A stretch of DNA of 64,000 nucleotides, from assembly GCF_009914755.1 (NCBI RefSeq), contig NC_060929.1; one strand, 5' to 3'. Under the pieces are notes generated by a model, which ran no database searches, was not told where the DNA came from, and saw only the letters and a program-made list of their open reading frames with translations. The DNA comes from the human T2T-CHM13v2.0 reference genome, Homo sapiens. Positions 23,845 through 36,299 of the stretch are shown here, one piece after another. The translations under genes were made by a program, and so were the position numbers. Position 1 is the stretch's first letter; each line of letters starts with the position of its first letter.

Positions 23845-26800
23845 TCTTTGTGTCAATATTTTAATGGTTGCTCCAGGGATTGCAATACTTAACCTTTCAC
23901 AGCCTACTTAGAATCAGTATATCTTACCACTTTAAGTGGAATACAGAAACCTTACCACCATATAGGCCCCTTTACCTCCACTCCTATACATTTAGTTGCT
24001 TGTGTATTATAGTCACATACAGTCTATATAGTCACATAAAGACTCCAAAGGAATAATAATAGTCTATGATATTTACATAGATATTTACCACATCTTTTGC
24101 TCTTTATTCATTTCTGTTGTTACAAGTTTTCTTATGGTATCATTCCCCTCTCTCTGAAAAATGTCTTTTAGCAATTCTTTTGAGTAGGTCTCCTGGCAAC
24201 AAATTCTTTCAGTTTTCTTTAATCTGAGTATAACTTTATTTCATATTTATTCCTGAAGCATTTTTCCTGGATATATAATTATTTGTTGAGTATTTATATT
24301 TTTCATCACTTGAAAAATTTGTGCCATTTCCTTCTGGCCTCTCGGGTTTTCAGTAAGAAATCTGTCGTCATTTCTCTGGCTCTCTGGAAATTTTCTTTTT
24401 GTATCTCGTTTTCAGTGGTTGTATTATGAGATGACTAGGTATGCATGTTTTTAAAATTTGTCCTATTTGGATTTGCTGAGCCTCTTGAATCTGTAGATTT
24501 ATACCTTTCACTAAATTTTGATGTTTTCAGCTAAATATTTATTCAAATATATATATTTTTTACCATATTCTCTCTCCTCTCCTTCAGAGACTATGATGAC
24601 AGGAATGTTACACCTTTTAATATTATGCAACAGTTTTGTGTCTATGTTTATTTTTATCCCAATCTTTCTTTCCATTACCATTGTTCAGAGTGGGTAATAT
24701 ATTTTAGTTCACTGACCTTTTCCTCCTTCAATTCCATTCTTCTCTTGAGTCCATTCAGTGAGTTTTGTATGTCAATAATTTTTTCAATAATATCATTTCC
24801 ATTTGATTTTTTCTTTATGTTTCCTATGTGTTTGAGGCTACTGAAGGTTTCATTCATTTGGGAGTTGGAACATTTTTATGACAGCTGCTTAAAATCTTCA
24901 TCATCTCATCATTGACATCTATTGATTGCACTTTCCAATGTGAATTGAGTGAGATTTTTCTATTTTTTGTATGTTGAGCAATTTTGGATTATGTCCTGGA
25001 CATTTTGAGTATCTTGTTATTAGACCCTGGGTCTTATAACATAAATCCTATGGAGAATGTTGATATTTTTGTTTTAGTAAACAATGTTCAAGTTTGGGGT
25101 CAGGCAACATAGTCCACATAGTCTCTTTTAGGTATGATTTCAGTGTCAGTTTTGATTTCAAAGCCCTTGCAATGCCACTTAAGTTTGTCTCACATATATG
25201 CCATCCAGTGGCCAATTTGAGATCTGGGTGGTGTCTGCCTCATAATTCAGTTCTCCCAGGTTATTTAGGGTATGCTGTTTATGGTCAAATCTACATATTA
25301 CAACTCAAGAGTGAGCCCAGAGTTCATAAACAACTTTATGAGATAATTTCCCAAGCTTCTTCCCCTATACAATCTCCCTAGCAGTTTCTATTGACCTGCA
25401 GATCCCCTTTTCACCTCTCTAGTCAGAATAATGGGGCCTTATTTACCCCACTCCCATTATACTTCTTGCAGTTGTGCACAGGTCCATGGACTAGTGGCTC
25501 ACAGGCAGATATGGAAAGAAAAGTGACAGTAGTTTTCCAACACCTTCCTGGTGTCACAGATCCACTGACCAGAGAGAAAGGCAACCCTACCTCTGATTTT
25601 AGGTTCCTATAGGCTGCTGAGCTGTTGCCACCATGAGATTCCTTGGAGGCTAGGGTATAAGAAAATGGAGACAAGAAAAAAATGGGGGACTATCTTCCTA
25701 TCTGAGTGTTAGGAGAGCCTTTTCCTGCTCCACAAGCTAGAACTAGCTTGCTGCTCCAGGAGCTGTCTGTGCATACCATTTCCCGGTTTCAGCCTACATG
25801 GAATCCAATCTGAGGAATATCAGTGGGAAAAATACGATGCTATAAATTCTGGTGTTCCTTGCCAGTATGCTTGCTCCTATTTACTTTTCTAGTCCTCAGT
25901 TCTTTCTACCCATTTTTTTATAGATGTGAGAGAAAGATGCTTACTACATCTTATCCAGAACTGGAGCCATTAGATGTAAATCTTACCCTTCCTATTCCTT
26001 TAGATCTCTGGTTTCTATACTCTTTGAGGGTTGGAAGCAAGGCTTATCTTCTCTGCATTTCCCTCTGGTCCTACTGTAGTAATTTGAATGAGATTTTGTG
26101 AGTTAAGTATTCAATCAGGGCATATTGGGGGACTTGTATATACAATGTTTGGGACCCCAGCAGGGGTGGCTCAAATGGATGGACATTTTGGGGACCACTT
26201 GGCTATGGTCGTGTATCTGAGTCAAGTTCTGGCTGTTGGCTGAATTCCTCTGCTCTTTTCCATTCCAGCCTTTGCCTAGGCTAGAATGTCTGAAATGACT
26301 TCGTATGCATCGTTCCTGAAGTAGAATAGGCAAAACAGCTAGGGGATGACTGGCAGCTCACTCTCCATATGATTAGTTTGGGCTTCCTCACAGCATGGCA
26401 GTCTCAGAGTCATCAAACTTCTTACAGTAAGTGTATTCTTCAGAGAATCTCACTCATTTATTTTTAGTTTTGTTCTACTTTGTGATGCATATGCATTTTT
26501 GTCAGCTACCTTAAATTCACTTTAGAACAAGGTGGGATATAAATATGAAAAACAAGTGAAACAAAAATTACATATCAAGGGAAGACAAAGACATGTATTG
26601 TAGTTTTATTAAAGGAATTTAGAGTCAAGCTGGATAGAAAAATTGTAGTCATTAAAAGTTAGCTAGCTGCAGGAGGTGGAGAACATTTGTTTCCTAAAGA
26701 GTTGTGTAGACAAGAAGTGTTATAATTGTTTGCAGGAAGCAGTGAACCCGTTAGGCTTCAAGAATAAACTGGATTTGAGATTTTTTCCTTAATTTTAAAA

Positions 26801-26959
26801 GATAGATAGGATTTGGGCCAGCTGAGATAATTGGGAAGGATTCAAAAAGGGAAGTGGTTTATTAAAAGGTTGATATGTTAGAAAAGCCCAAGGCATATTT
26901 TGGGCCCTGGCAGAAGTGCAGCTTGGCTGGAGAGTCTGTCCAGTGGAACTCTTAAGCAG

Positions 26960-27350
26960 TGGACTTCTTTTCTTGCCTAAGTATTCATTCACTCATGATC
27001 TGGGAACTGGACCTGAGTTTCCTTTTGAGCAACCATCCTCCCACTACTCAAGCTCTGAAGTGAAGCATAGTCTGAGGCCTGGGCTGAAAAGAAGAGAAAA
27101 TATTGGTTTAGAAATGGAGATATGAGTCCCCCTACGCCAATAATATACCAAGAGAACTTTGCTGAAACTTTCTGCTGTACATGAACCTGAGGGAATACAG
27201 AGGTGGGGTCTGCTGCTGTCACCTTGCCACCATGCAAAGCCTGAGATGCTAACTCAGCAAAGGCAGCTGAGGGCACAGACTAGAGATAGAGAGAAACTGA
27301 GTCCTGATGGCATAATTTGAGTCCCAAATCCAGCCATACCTGCAGCCTTA
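26960..27350 (+). mobile_element. MLT1K/L-like MaLR LTR fragment
   Basis: ctgctgctgtcaccttgccaccatg...gagagaaactgagtcctgatggcataatttgagtccc...atccagccatacctgcagcc. Confidence 0.6.
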
Positions 27351-27599
27351 TTCCAGAATAGTCAGAGACGGGACATTACACAAATATGAAACAAAAATTT
27401 GAACCAGGTATCTAAAAAAAGTTAGGAGGAAAACAACCTATAATTAGAGAAAGGGAGAATCATGGGCTTAGGGGCAAATGCCATAAATATTTTCAGGCTT
27501 ACAAAGTTTTTCAAAACCCAGTACTAGTCCATCATTCCATTTTTGCCTCCCTGGCATTTCTCTTTCCTCACCATATGCTTTACCCATTATGAACGCCAA

Positions 27600-27962
27600 A
27601 TTCCATTTTCTAAATATTCTCTGTGCCTTCGTAACTCTGTGCCTTTGCCAATGCTACTCCCTATGTGAAATCACCCTTTCCTTCCTTTTCAATCCGGAGA
27701 GCTCTTTCATTATCCCTGAAGGCTCACCTAGGGGAACCTTCTTGCTATATGCTTGTGTAATTGTTTATACACTTCTCTAAAACAGCATTTACTTCATTGT
27801 TTGGTATTGCTTCTGACTATCTCTCCCATTATTCTGTGAATTCCTTGAGGGTAGAGACCAAGTCTAGTATGCCTCAAATACCCTTGAAGCATTTAGCACA
27901 GTATTTTATATACAATAAGAGCTTAATAGATGCTTGTAGAATAGATAGTGCATGAATGAATT
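27600..27962 (+). mobile_element. L2 3' fragment
   Basis: ctgtgaattccttgagggtagagacc...ttagcacagta...gcttaatagatgcttgtagaat...atgaatgaa. Confidence 0.7.
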
Positions 27963-28059
27963 AGAAATGGCCAGTAATAAATGAAGAGAGGCCCTTGCCA
28001 GAGTTCCCTGGCTTTTGCCACGACTATTCTCGGAAGCTTCCCCATCTTGGTCTACAGAT

Positions 28060-28492
28060 TGCTAGGAATTTCTTATTTGTTCACCATAACTTGTTTCTCC
28101 TATCTTTTCCAATATCCCTTTAATTTGGTGTGGCCATGGAACTGTTTTCGTTGCAGTGGGGTGTAGAAGAAGGGATGTGTACCACTTCCAGGTCTGAACT
28201 TCAAAAAGTCCGTACTCTATCCTCCACATTTCCCTTTCTGCTGGCTGGAGAATGCCCGGGGTGAACTTGGAAGCCAAGATTTGAGGGCAGCAGAGCCTCT
28301 GTTATTCTGAATCTTTAAGTGACTGCTTGAAGTAGAGCCCTCCCCCTACCCCATCAATTGCCAACCAAGAACACCTGCACTGAACTGTTACATGAATAAG
28401 AAACTTCCATTGCATAAAATCACTGCAATTTGGGGTTTTATTTATTCATTTATTTATATTTTATAACAACTAACATTGCCCTAACTAGTACA
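28060..28492 (+). mobile_element. MLT1I/J-like MaLR LTR
   Basis: gatgtgtaccacttccaggtct...gtgactgcttgaagtagagccc...catgaataagaaact...ccctaactagtaca. Confidence 0.75.
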
Positions 28493-29474
28493 GGACCCAA
28501 TAGAATTTTCTTAGGTCAAAACAGGTTCTGAGTGTGGTGAATATTATATAGAGGGCAGAGCTATATTCTGGCAAGCCTCCCTGTTGTCTCTGGCCTCCCA
28601 TTTTTCAGAAAAAGGTCACTCGTGGTATGAGGCAGCTGGGCAGTTTTGGCATGGTAGGCTGGGGGTGAGAAGATTAGGATCTATTTCTGGTCTGTCTCCC
28701 ACTGGCTTTGGGTTTCCAGCCAAGGAAAATTACAGCACGGATGCTAAAACAACCCACCTAAGGGGAAAATACATAAAAATGAAAACAATTGCCCCAGCAG
28801 AAAGGCAGGTGATGATGATTTCTGCCACAGGAGAGCATAATGAATGCTCTTATGACTCCACTCGTTCAAGCTTCAGTAGTCCTAATGCACGATGCCTTCA
28901 AATCCTGCAGAAGCTGCTTACTGATTCCAAGCCTGGCCAGCTAAGAGGAACATTTTGACCTTTCTTTGGTGCAGGCAGACTGCAGATGTACCAATCAAAA
29001 TGTCTCCCTCCTTGTCAGTGTCAACTTCCTAAGCCATAGGATGAATATTGAGTTTACTTAGTTAAAAGACAAACAAATAAAAAATGCCAGAAGGTGCAGC
29101 ATATTGCTGGAACCCACCAATCAGTGCTCCCGGAGGCAGACTTTTCGCCTGAAGTGTAATCTGTTTTAAAGCAGGTGTCCCATCACAGCCACATCCTGTG
29201 AACCAGCTCCTTGAGTGTTCATTGCCCACTCAGAGGAGGGAGAGCTATTTCTTATCTTCACCTACCAGACTTTTCTGTGTTTGCTTCTATGGGGAAGGAA
29301 TCACAGCAATTGTTTTCTAGGATCAAAGTTTTCTCAAAGAGTCAGAGATTCTTAATTCCCCCATGCCAAGGATTAAAGATTCTCCCACCCTTCCTATCAG
29401 TATCTGCCACCATATTAGTTTCTTTTTGTGTCCCTAGGACTGGTTGTCCCATCTGACCCTCAGCCATCACTGAC

Positions 29475-29657
29475 ATTTAAGTATCTAGTAGGCATCAGAA
29501 TCACTTGGAGAACATCTTACACATGAGTCTCATGGGTCTCACTCTTTGGGATTCTGATTCAGCACACATAAGATGAGGATCGGGATTCTGCCATTTTGAT
29601 GGATACTCCAGGTGAATCTGGTGCTGATGGATGTGAGACCACACATTTAGGAACATC
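29475..29657 (+). mobile_element. MER5A-like hAT-Charlie MITE
   Basis: gcatcagaatcacttggaga...gattctgattcag...ctccaggtgaatctggtgctg...gaccacacatttaggaaca. Confidence 0.75.
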
Positions 29658-31279
29658 CTTTCCTTATGGCTGTGGGTGATCTTTCTATAACACAAATGGG
29701 TTCATAATATACACTTCAGAAAATTCTTTAATGGTCTCTCTTGCCACCAGGTCAGGTCTAAACTCCTTAGATGGAAAATGAGTGCTCATTAGGAACTGGC
29801 CCTTAATCATTTCTCCAGCTTCAGTTCTCATCAGCTCTCCCTTTGTCTTCTTCACTTCAGTCATTCTGTGTTACTTTCAGGATCTGCTGTACTTTCTTTC
29901 ACTGCTTTGTGAGTGTTACTCCCTCTCTGCCCGAAACTCTTCTCTCTGCCCTCAGTCTTTACATGGCCAACTTACAGTCAGATGAGACCTCCCTTCTCTT
30001 TCAGAAACTTTGTCACTCTTTCCTAAGGAAAGGCCTTTCCTCTATGTGCTTAGAGCTCTCTTTCTGCCCCCACAGAGAGTACTTCTTACCAGGTGTGGTG
30101 TCCACCCTTCACCTGTAGGTGGAGTGTCACCCACTAGAGCCAGAGCCCCTTGTGGCAGGAATCATGTACTCATTTTCAGGTCTCCAGGGAGTTGGGTTAA
30201 GGGACAGGGCTGTGGACGGTGGGCAGAACTGGATCTGAAGGGCAGCTGCCCAAGCTCCCCCTCCGTAAGAGGAGCCAGACATCACTGGAATCACTTGGGA
30301 ACAGTTTCTGCTCCCATGAAAATAGGAGTCTCAAGGAGACATGATAAAACAGTCATGCTGGTGCAGGCCCAATGCTGTTGAGTATTTTTGCAAGATCATC
30401 TTGCTCTTGCAGTCAATGCAAGTTGGAAAACTGAAAAGAAGTGGCCCAGCACTGTTTAGAGGAGCACTGGATTGTTGTTACGCCCGAGATGCTCTTAATT
30501 TGGATGCTTCACCCAAACATTCCACCACATTAAAGTACCTGCGTCCTACATTGAACTAAGTGATAGCACTTGGGATGACAGAGCACTAAGGTGGAAGGAA
30601 CACAGGTCTCGAAAAGACTGGAGAAGAGCTGGCTGCCACCCTCGCTCCTGTCAGGACTGTCACCTAAGAGAGAAAGACCTTTCTCAGTAGGACACCGTAT
30701 GGTTGGGTCTGTTACAGAAATTTAGCCTTCACTCTAATACAAATAGCATCATGCCCCCTATGCAAACTTGTCAGGAAGAAGAGCCTGACTCAGGAATGAG
30801 TTCTCCATCTCTTGCCCAAAACGTCTCCTGCAAGGAAAGCTCTGCAGAGAAAACAAGCTGGTGAAGCTTAGCCTGACTGTTCCATGCACACACTTAGTAA
30901 TCCACACAATTAACCCAAAAAGCCTCATTCCCTCTTTCTTACCTCCCCTGAAGAAACAAACAAAAGAAATGAAAAACGAACATTAGAAATGTCAAGAGTA
31001 GAAGCACTTTCTTCCTTTGAGAATTCAGAATTTGGGTGCCCACCATCAATTAATACCAGGGAAATAACAGGAAATTCTCTGGAGGGGAATGTGAAAAAAG
31101 GAGGTACTTGCTTTTCAGTTCTCTGACTAATGAGTCTAGGGAAAGCCAATATCTTTCTTTTGCAGGCAGTTGCTACCTTCTCACAAACACCCCTACTGCA
31201 TTTACATTCAACAGCTCCTAGCCTCCCAGGAAACAACAGAACCTTGCCTTTTCTGGCTTCTCTAGAGCCTGCAAAGTAG

Positions 31280-31410
31280 ACATCACTGATCCCATTCTCT
31301 AAATGGGAAAACGGAGGCTCAGGGGTTGAGTGATTTACTTAAAGTGCAGCATAAGCAAGCAAAGAAGCCAGCAGGAGATAAGAGCTTGCCTAACTCCCCA
31401 GTCAATTTTT
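31280..31410 (-). mobile_element. MIR fragment
   Basis: atcccattctctaaatgggaaaacggaggctcaggggttgagtgatttacttaaag. Confidence 0.65.
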
Positions 31411-32304
31411 ATTTCCCCAGATAACACAGCACCAAAATAAACCTACATCAACACCATATGGTATCAGCAAAGCAGGGGGATATTGGGCACTCGTATTAAA
31501 ATGGGCTATAAAGGAAAGATAGTTGGGATGCATGAGTAGTCAGGGAGCAAACTATCCTTTTGATAATTCTCATCATTTTTAGTTCAGTAAACCAGGATGA
31601 CATGAGTTTGGAGGGAGGGGGACAACTTTACCAACACCTATCCAGTTCTTGTTCTCAACACAAGTTATAATAAGTCACAATTGTTATGAATGCCTGATAG
31701 GCAACAACTTAATTCAGCAGGCTTTGAATTCTTGCTTGTGAAACATTCTTCTTGGCTAGCAATCTTGAGGTACCTTTAAAGGACTTTTCTTGAGTTTTGT
31801 AATGAAAATGCATTGTGTTCTTTTGGGATAAGCTGTTTCAGGATTTTCTTCAGTGCTAGTATGAAACTTAGATTTAGTAAAACTACTTTGCAAACCTGTT
31901 AACATATAACAGCCACCAACTAATCCAATAAACAGTCTCCTGCACACACAATGCATCCCACTAGGCTGCCGTAAGGGGCAAATACAATTTGTCTATAGAA
32001 TTAGTTTTCGCAGTTAGAGTCCCTGTTTTGGGTGTGTGATATCCTGTGAACTACAAGCAGATTTAGTGTCCCTAAACAGATGGGCTTTCCCTTTATGGGC
32101 CACTTTTAAGTTTTCTAAGCAAACCGCAGCTGCGCTAACGTCCCTTTGTGTAAAGGATTGTATGTTGAACCACTTCCCTTTACCTGATGTGTATTCCCAG
32201 TTTTGAGCCAGGAACAACTGGGATATGACATCTACAGAAAAAGAAGATTTGTTTCTTCATGCTCTTTAGGACTGGCTGCTATAGGCAGGAAAAGCTTCTC
32301 TGAA

Positions 32305-32806
32305 TATCAGTGAGTATATCATTAGTTGCAAACAACAAACCGACCTAATCTAATTGAAGCAGGAAAGGCAGTTTGGTAAAGAATTTTTGGTGGCTCAGGG
32401 AATTTCTAGGAAGCCATAGAATCAAGCTAGGAGGGTCTAAAGATAGAAACTGCGCCCCAGCTGCACTGCCGGACTGCTGCATGGGTCAGATACCATTGCC
32501 TCCCCGCCTGCTTGTCCTAAGATACCATGGCCAGGACCTCTGACCACGCTGCCCCTGAGCTGCATGCCTGTCTGCCACCTGACGAGAATGTACTCGTCGT
32601 GGCATCACCTTCTTCGTGACCTTCTCTTTCAAAAGGAAATCTCATGGTGCACATCTGGTCCCATGGCTCGACTCTAGCTGTGCTGGAGGCTGAGAAAGCA
32701 AGTGTCTAACCTCTACCTTCAGAAGGTAGAGAAGGAAGATCTCTCAAACATTGGAAGGCTGTTCAAAGGGTAAATAGTGATCCATAACATAAAACACACC
32801 CACACA
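32305..32806 (-). mobile_element. Ancient ERVL-class LTR (LTR41-like, tentative), putative 3' LTR
   Basis: Shares colinear blocks with 35293-35812 (ttagttgcaaacaaca/ttagttgtaaacaaca; aaatctca; gaaggctgttcaaag/gaaagatgttcaaag). Preceded on the minus strand by the purine tract agccaaaagataaa. Confidence 0.55.
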
Positions 32807-33247
32807 TTTATCTTTTGGCTGTGCAACAGCCCTAAAAACCTTCTTCTGTACTGAAATTCTCAACAATTACAATCACAAGAACAAAATGCTTCTGCCTAAC
32901 GTCATGCAATTATTTCTTGTACAAATGAAAATGTGCACGCTCTCTCCTCAAAGGAGGGGCAAGACAAAATCTCCTCAGTTTTTTTATCCCAGGAGTTGTC
33001 CACCTTCTCCAGTTTAGCCACAATGCCATCTCGGTGTTCTGTGATCCAGGCACTAAAATGCAGTTATTTACCACCCTGTTCCTACCCATATATCCTATAC
33101 AACTGTAAAGGAAGCAGAAAGGAGGAAAAAGAGAAGAATAGTCTGTATATAGACACAGCAAGGAAGAAAAATGTTTATGCTATTGTTTCTGCAAGTGGTC
33201 ATGTGGATATGGGTGGTTTTTATGGCATCCTTTCTCCACAACTATGC

Positions 33248-33643
33248 TAATGTGGTTTAGCTCTGTGTCCCCACCCAAATCTCATGTTGAATTGTAATTC
33301 CCAATACTGAGAGAGGGAGCTGGTGGGAGGTGATTGAATCATGGGGACAGATTTCCCCCATGCTGTTCTCATGATACAGAACTCTCACTCTCATGAGAGA
33401 GTTCTCAGGAGATCTGATGGTTTAAAAGTGTGTGGCACATCCCCCTTCACTCTTTCTTCTGCCGCCATGTGAAAACATGCTTGCTTCCCCTTTGCCCTTC
33501 TGCCATGATTTTAAGTTTCCTGAGTCCTCCCAGCCATGCTTCCTGTACAGCCTATGGAACGGTGAGTCAATTAAACCCCTTTTCTTCATAAATTACCCAG
33601 TCTCAGGTAGTTCTTTATAGCAGTGTGAGAATGGACTAATACA
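33248..33643 (+). mobile_element. THE1D/MSTA-like MaLR solo LTR (copy 1)
   Basis: tgtgtccccacccaaatctcatgttgaattgtaa...gagtcaattaaaccc...ataaattacccagtctcaggtagttctttatagcagtgtgagaatggactaataca. Flanks are tatgc and catgc. Confidence 0.93.
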
Positions 33644-33648
33644 CATGC

Positions 33649-34037
33649 TGATACGGTTTGGCTTTGTGTCCCCACCAAAATCTCATTTCCAATTGTAATC
33701 CCCACATGTTGAGGGAGGGATCTGTAATCCCCACGTGTCAAAGGAGGGAAGTGATTGGATTATGGGGGAACTTTCACCATGCTGTTTTCACATGATAGTG
33801 AGTGAGTTCTCATGAGATCTGGTGGTTTCATAAACGGTAGTTTTTCCTGCATGGACACTTCTCTCTCCTGCCACCATGTGAAGAAGGTTCTTGCTTCCCC
33901 TTCGCCTTCCACCATGATTGTAAGTTTCCTGAGGTCTCCCCAGCCATGTGGAGCTGTGAGTCAATTAAACCTCTTTCCTTTATAAATTACCCAGTCTCAA
34001 GTAGTTCTTTATAGCAGTGTGAGAACAGACTAATACA
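33649..34037 (+). mobile_element. THE1C/D-like MaLR solo LTR (copy 2)
   Basis: tgatacggtttggctttgtgtccccacc...agcagtgtgagaacagactaataca. Flanks are catgc and catgc. Confidence 0.93.
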
Positions 34038-34065
34038 CATGCCATGCTCTTTTTGCCTTTACAAC

Positions 34066-34094
34066 CAGCATGTCAGCATGTCAGCATGTCAGCA
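34066..34094. repeat. (CAGCATGT)3 tandem repeat
   Basis: cagcatgtcagcatgtcagcatgtcagca read directly. Confidence 0.9.
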
Positions 34095-34099
34095 GGCTA

Positions 34100-34870
34100 G
34101 GATTCTTTACCTGATGAGGTGACTCTTACAATCTTTATTAATGGAGGATAATATCTCTTTGTGATCCTTCCTGTATGTGGTTGCTGTAGTCTTCCACTGA
34201 GCTTTACCACTGGACATGGCAATACACAAAGGTGCCCAGAAGGATCTCCCAGGTTCCAGAAATACTCCTTGTATAAAATGGTATAAATTACCCTATTTTG
34301 TCTTGTTAATCAGAATCAATTGCCCCAGTCAACACTGAAAACTCCTTTATTGCTTAATTTTCCAGTGGCAGGAAGAATTCAAAATAGCCTCTTCTTGACA
34401 AGAAGAAGTCTTATTTTCTAATTCAATTGAAACATTCTGCGTTCCTAGTGGAACCATTCTTCCCCTGGGCACTAAGATCTTTAAGTTGGCAGAACTGAGA
34501 ATTACAGGGATCAAAAGCAAAATATTGGAATAGGGCCATTAGATGTAATATTGAGAAGTACCCCTCCTGCTTTCACCCTTTTGTTCTGAATTCCATGCAC
34601 TTTGATTATAGAAAAGCAAATAGTAGCATAAATTTTGCATGGTTCAGAGAAATGCACCACATCTTAAACACAACACCAAACTCATAAGGTGTTGTCTTCC
34701 AGCTGGCATAACAACTACTGAGGTTTCAATAAATATTTTCACCATTCTGCAAGTCTACTTCCTTCTTGGTAATGGACTAGGACCAATAACAATATTCAGA
34801 ATTTTCCAAATCACTGAAAGCTTCTTATATGTCCTCAATTTCAATTCTCAAGGTCCCTTTCTTTTATATT
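34100..34870 (-). pseudogene. Decayed ERV-L integrase C-terminus and dUTPase region
   Basis: Manual minus-strand translations: LLLIPVILSSANLKILVPRGRMVPLGT, VLTGAIDSD*QDKIG (dUTPase motif 3, GVIDxDYxGEI) and KEYFWNLGDPSGHLCVLPCP. Confidence 0.85.
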
Positions 34871-35292
34871 AAAGCCCTAACTCTGACATAAAAGACTTGA
34901 TAAGGCTATAATTTCCACTGACATTGTAATTTGGCAACTCCATCAGGATGAAACTCAGGCTTTAGCTATGTACCTGAAAGGGATGGTTTATCATAGCATT
35001 AGGTGGTCCCTCTATCCCTGACCATGCCCTAAGCTGGGAATTCAAACTCTCCAGTGCAGTCAGAAGTAACCCTTGAATTATTCATGTCATTCATATTGTT
35101 TAAATTCCTCATGCCACTGTATCTCCCAAGACTGACTTTCATAGGTAACCACAGGAGAATATTTAAAATACTCTACTACTATCCATTCTTTACTACTAGG
35201 TGGGGTTTTCACTGCCTTCTTACCTAGAAAACCAATACTAGAGGCCCATTTATTTGTGTCTGGGGCCTGAAACCACTCTTGAGATCAATTTC

Positions 35293-35812
35293 TGTATTGG
35301 TCAAGGGGTTCTTAGTTGTAAACAACACAGCCCACTTTAATATATGCAGATTTGTAATATGTTAAACCTTAAGCAGTTCACAGAGAGCCAGAAGATTAGA
35401 CAGAGAACCAGTGGAACTAGAAACAATATCTAGATGATACCACAAGCCTGCTCCAGTGGAGACTCTCCTGTTCCTGCTGCTAGCGCAGTATTATAGCTTG
35501 CCTGGTTGATACGGACACAGGACACCCGTGCTGGAACCTTTAACACCCTTCTTCTGAAAGATGACCACTTCTCCATCACTCTCTCCAATGTAGAATCTAT
35601 TCAACATTTCTTTCTTCACATCACCTTTTCTAAGCTTAAATCTCACAAACGTATGTTTGATTCTAGGTCCTGGTCATATAACTGTGCCCTAGATTGCAGG
35701 GAAAGTTCGGAAACACAACTTCCAGCTTCTGTTTAGGAAATGGCAGAAGTCACAAGTGGGAAAGTGCAGTAGTATATGAAAGATGTTCAAAGCACGAATA
35801 ATGTCCACTTCA
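35293..35812 (-). mobile_element. Ancient ERVL-class LTR, putative 5' LTR partner of 32305-32806
   Basis: tgtattggtcaaggggttcttagttgtaaacaac...tgtccacttca with TG/CA ends; colinear with 32305-32806. Confidence 0.55.
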
Positions 35813-36299
35813 TATGTGGCCATCTCCCACTTTTCATTAGAGTGAAATTGTTTAATTTTGAGTAATCTATTATATCAACCTGCCAGCACATGTGAAATCA
35901 TGAACACAATCAGAGAAAGGCAAGACTTCCAGAGAGTATCTGATTGAACCTCCATCCCCATACCTGGAAAGCAGAGAAATATTTATTCCCATTGCACATG
36001 TGAAGCGAGTGAGTCCTAAGGAAGCCAAGTGCCCAAGACTCTAATATACAAATTCCCACTGCAGTGTTATCTCACTTTGATTAGGATCTTCGACATCCTT
36101 GAGTGAAAGATCATGGTATACCAATCTTGGAAATGTAGAATAATCTTGCTTATAATCTTTTAAATTCTGGTCACATGTCCATGCATAAGAGAAGAATGAA
36201 AGTGTGAATAGAGACAATGGGATGCTCCAGGATTTCCTGTAGTTTTCTAAGGGAGCCATGGCAATTTTATACAAAGATGTAAGAAAACAACTCAAGTGA

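Noticed and set aside
28584-28958. 124-aa ORF in apparently unique DNA
   Set aside because: Non-ATG start, no recognisable homology and only weak splice-like sites. The length is compatible with chance.
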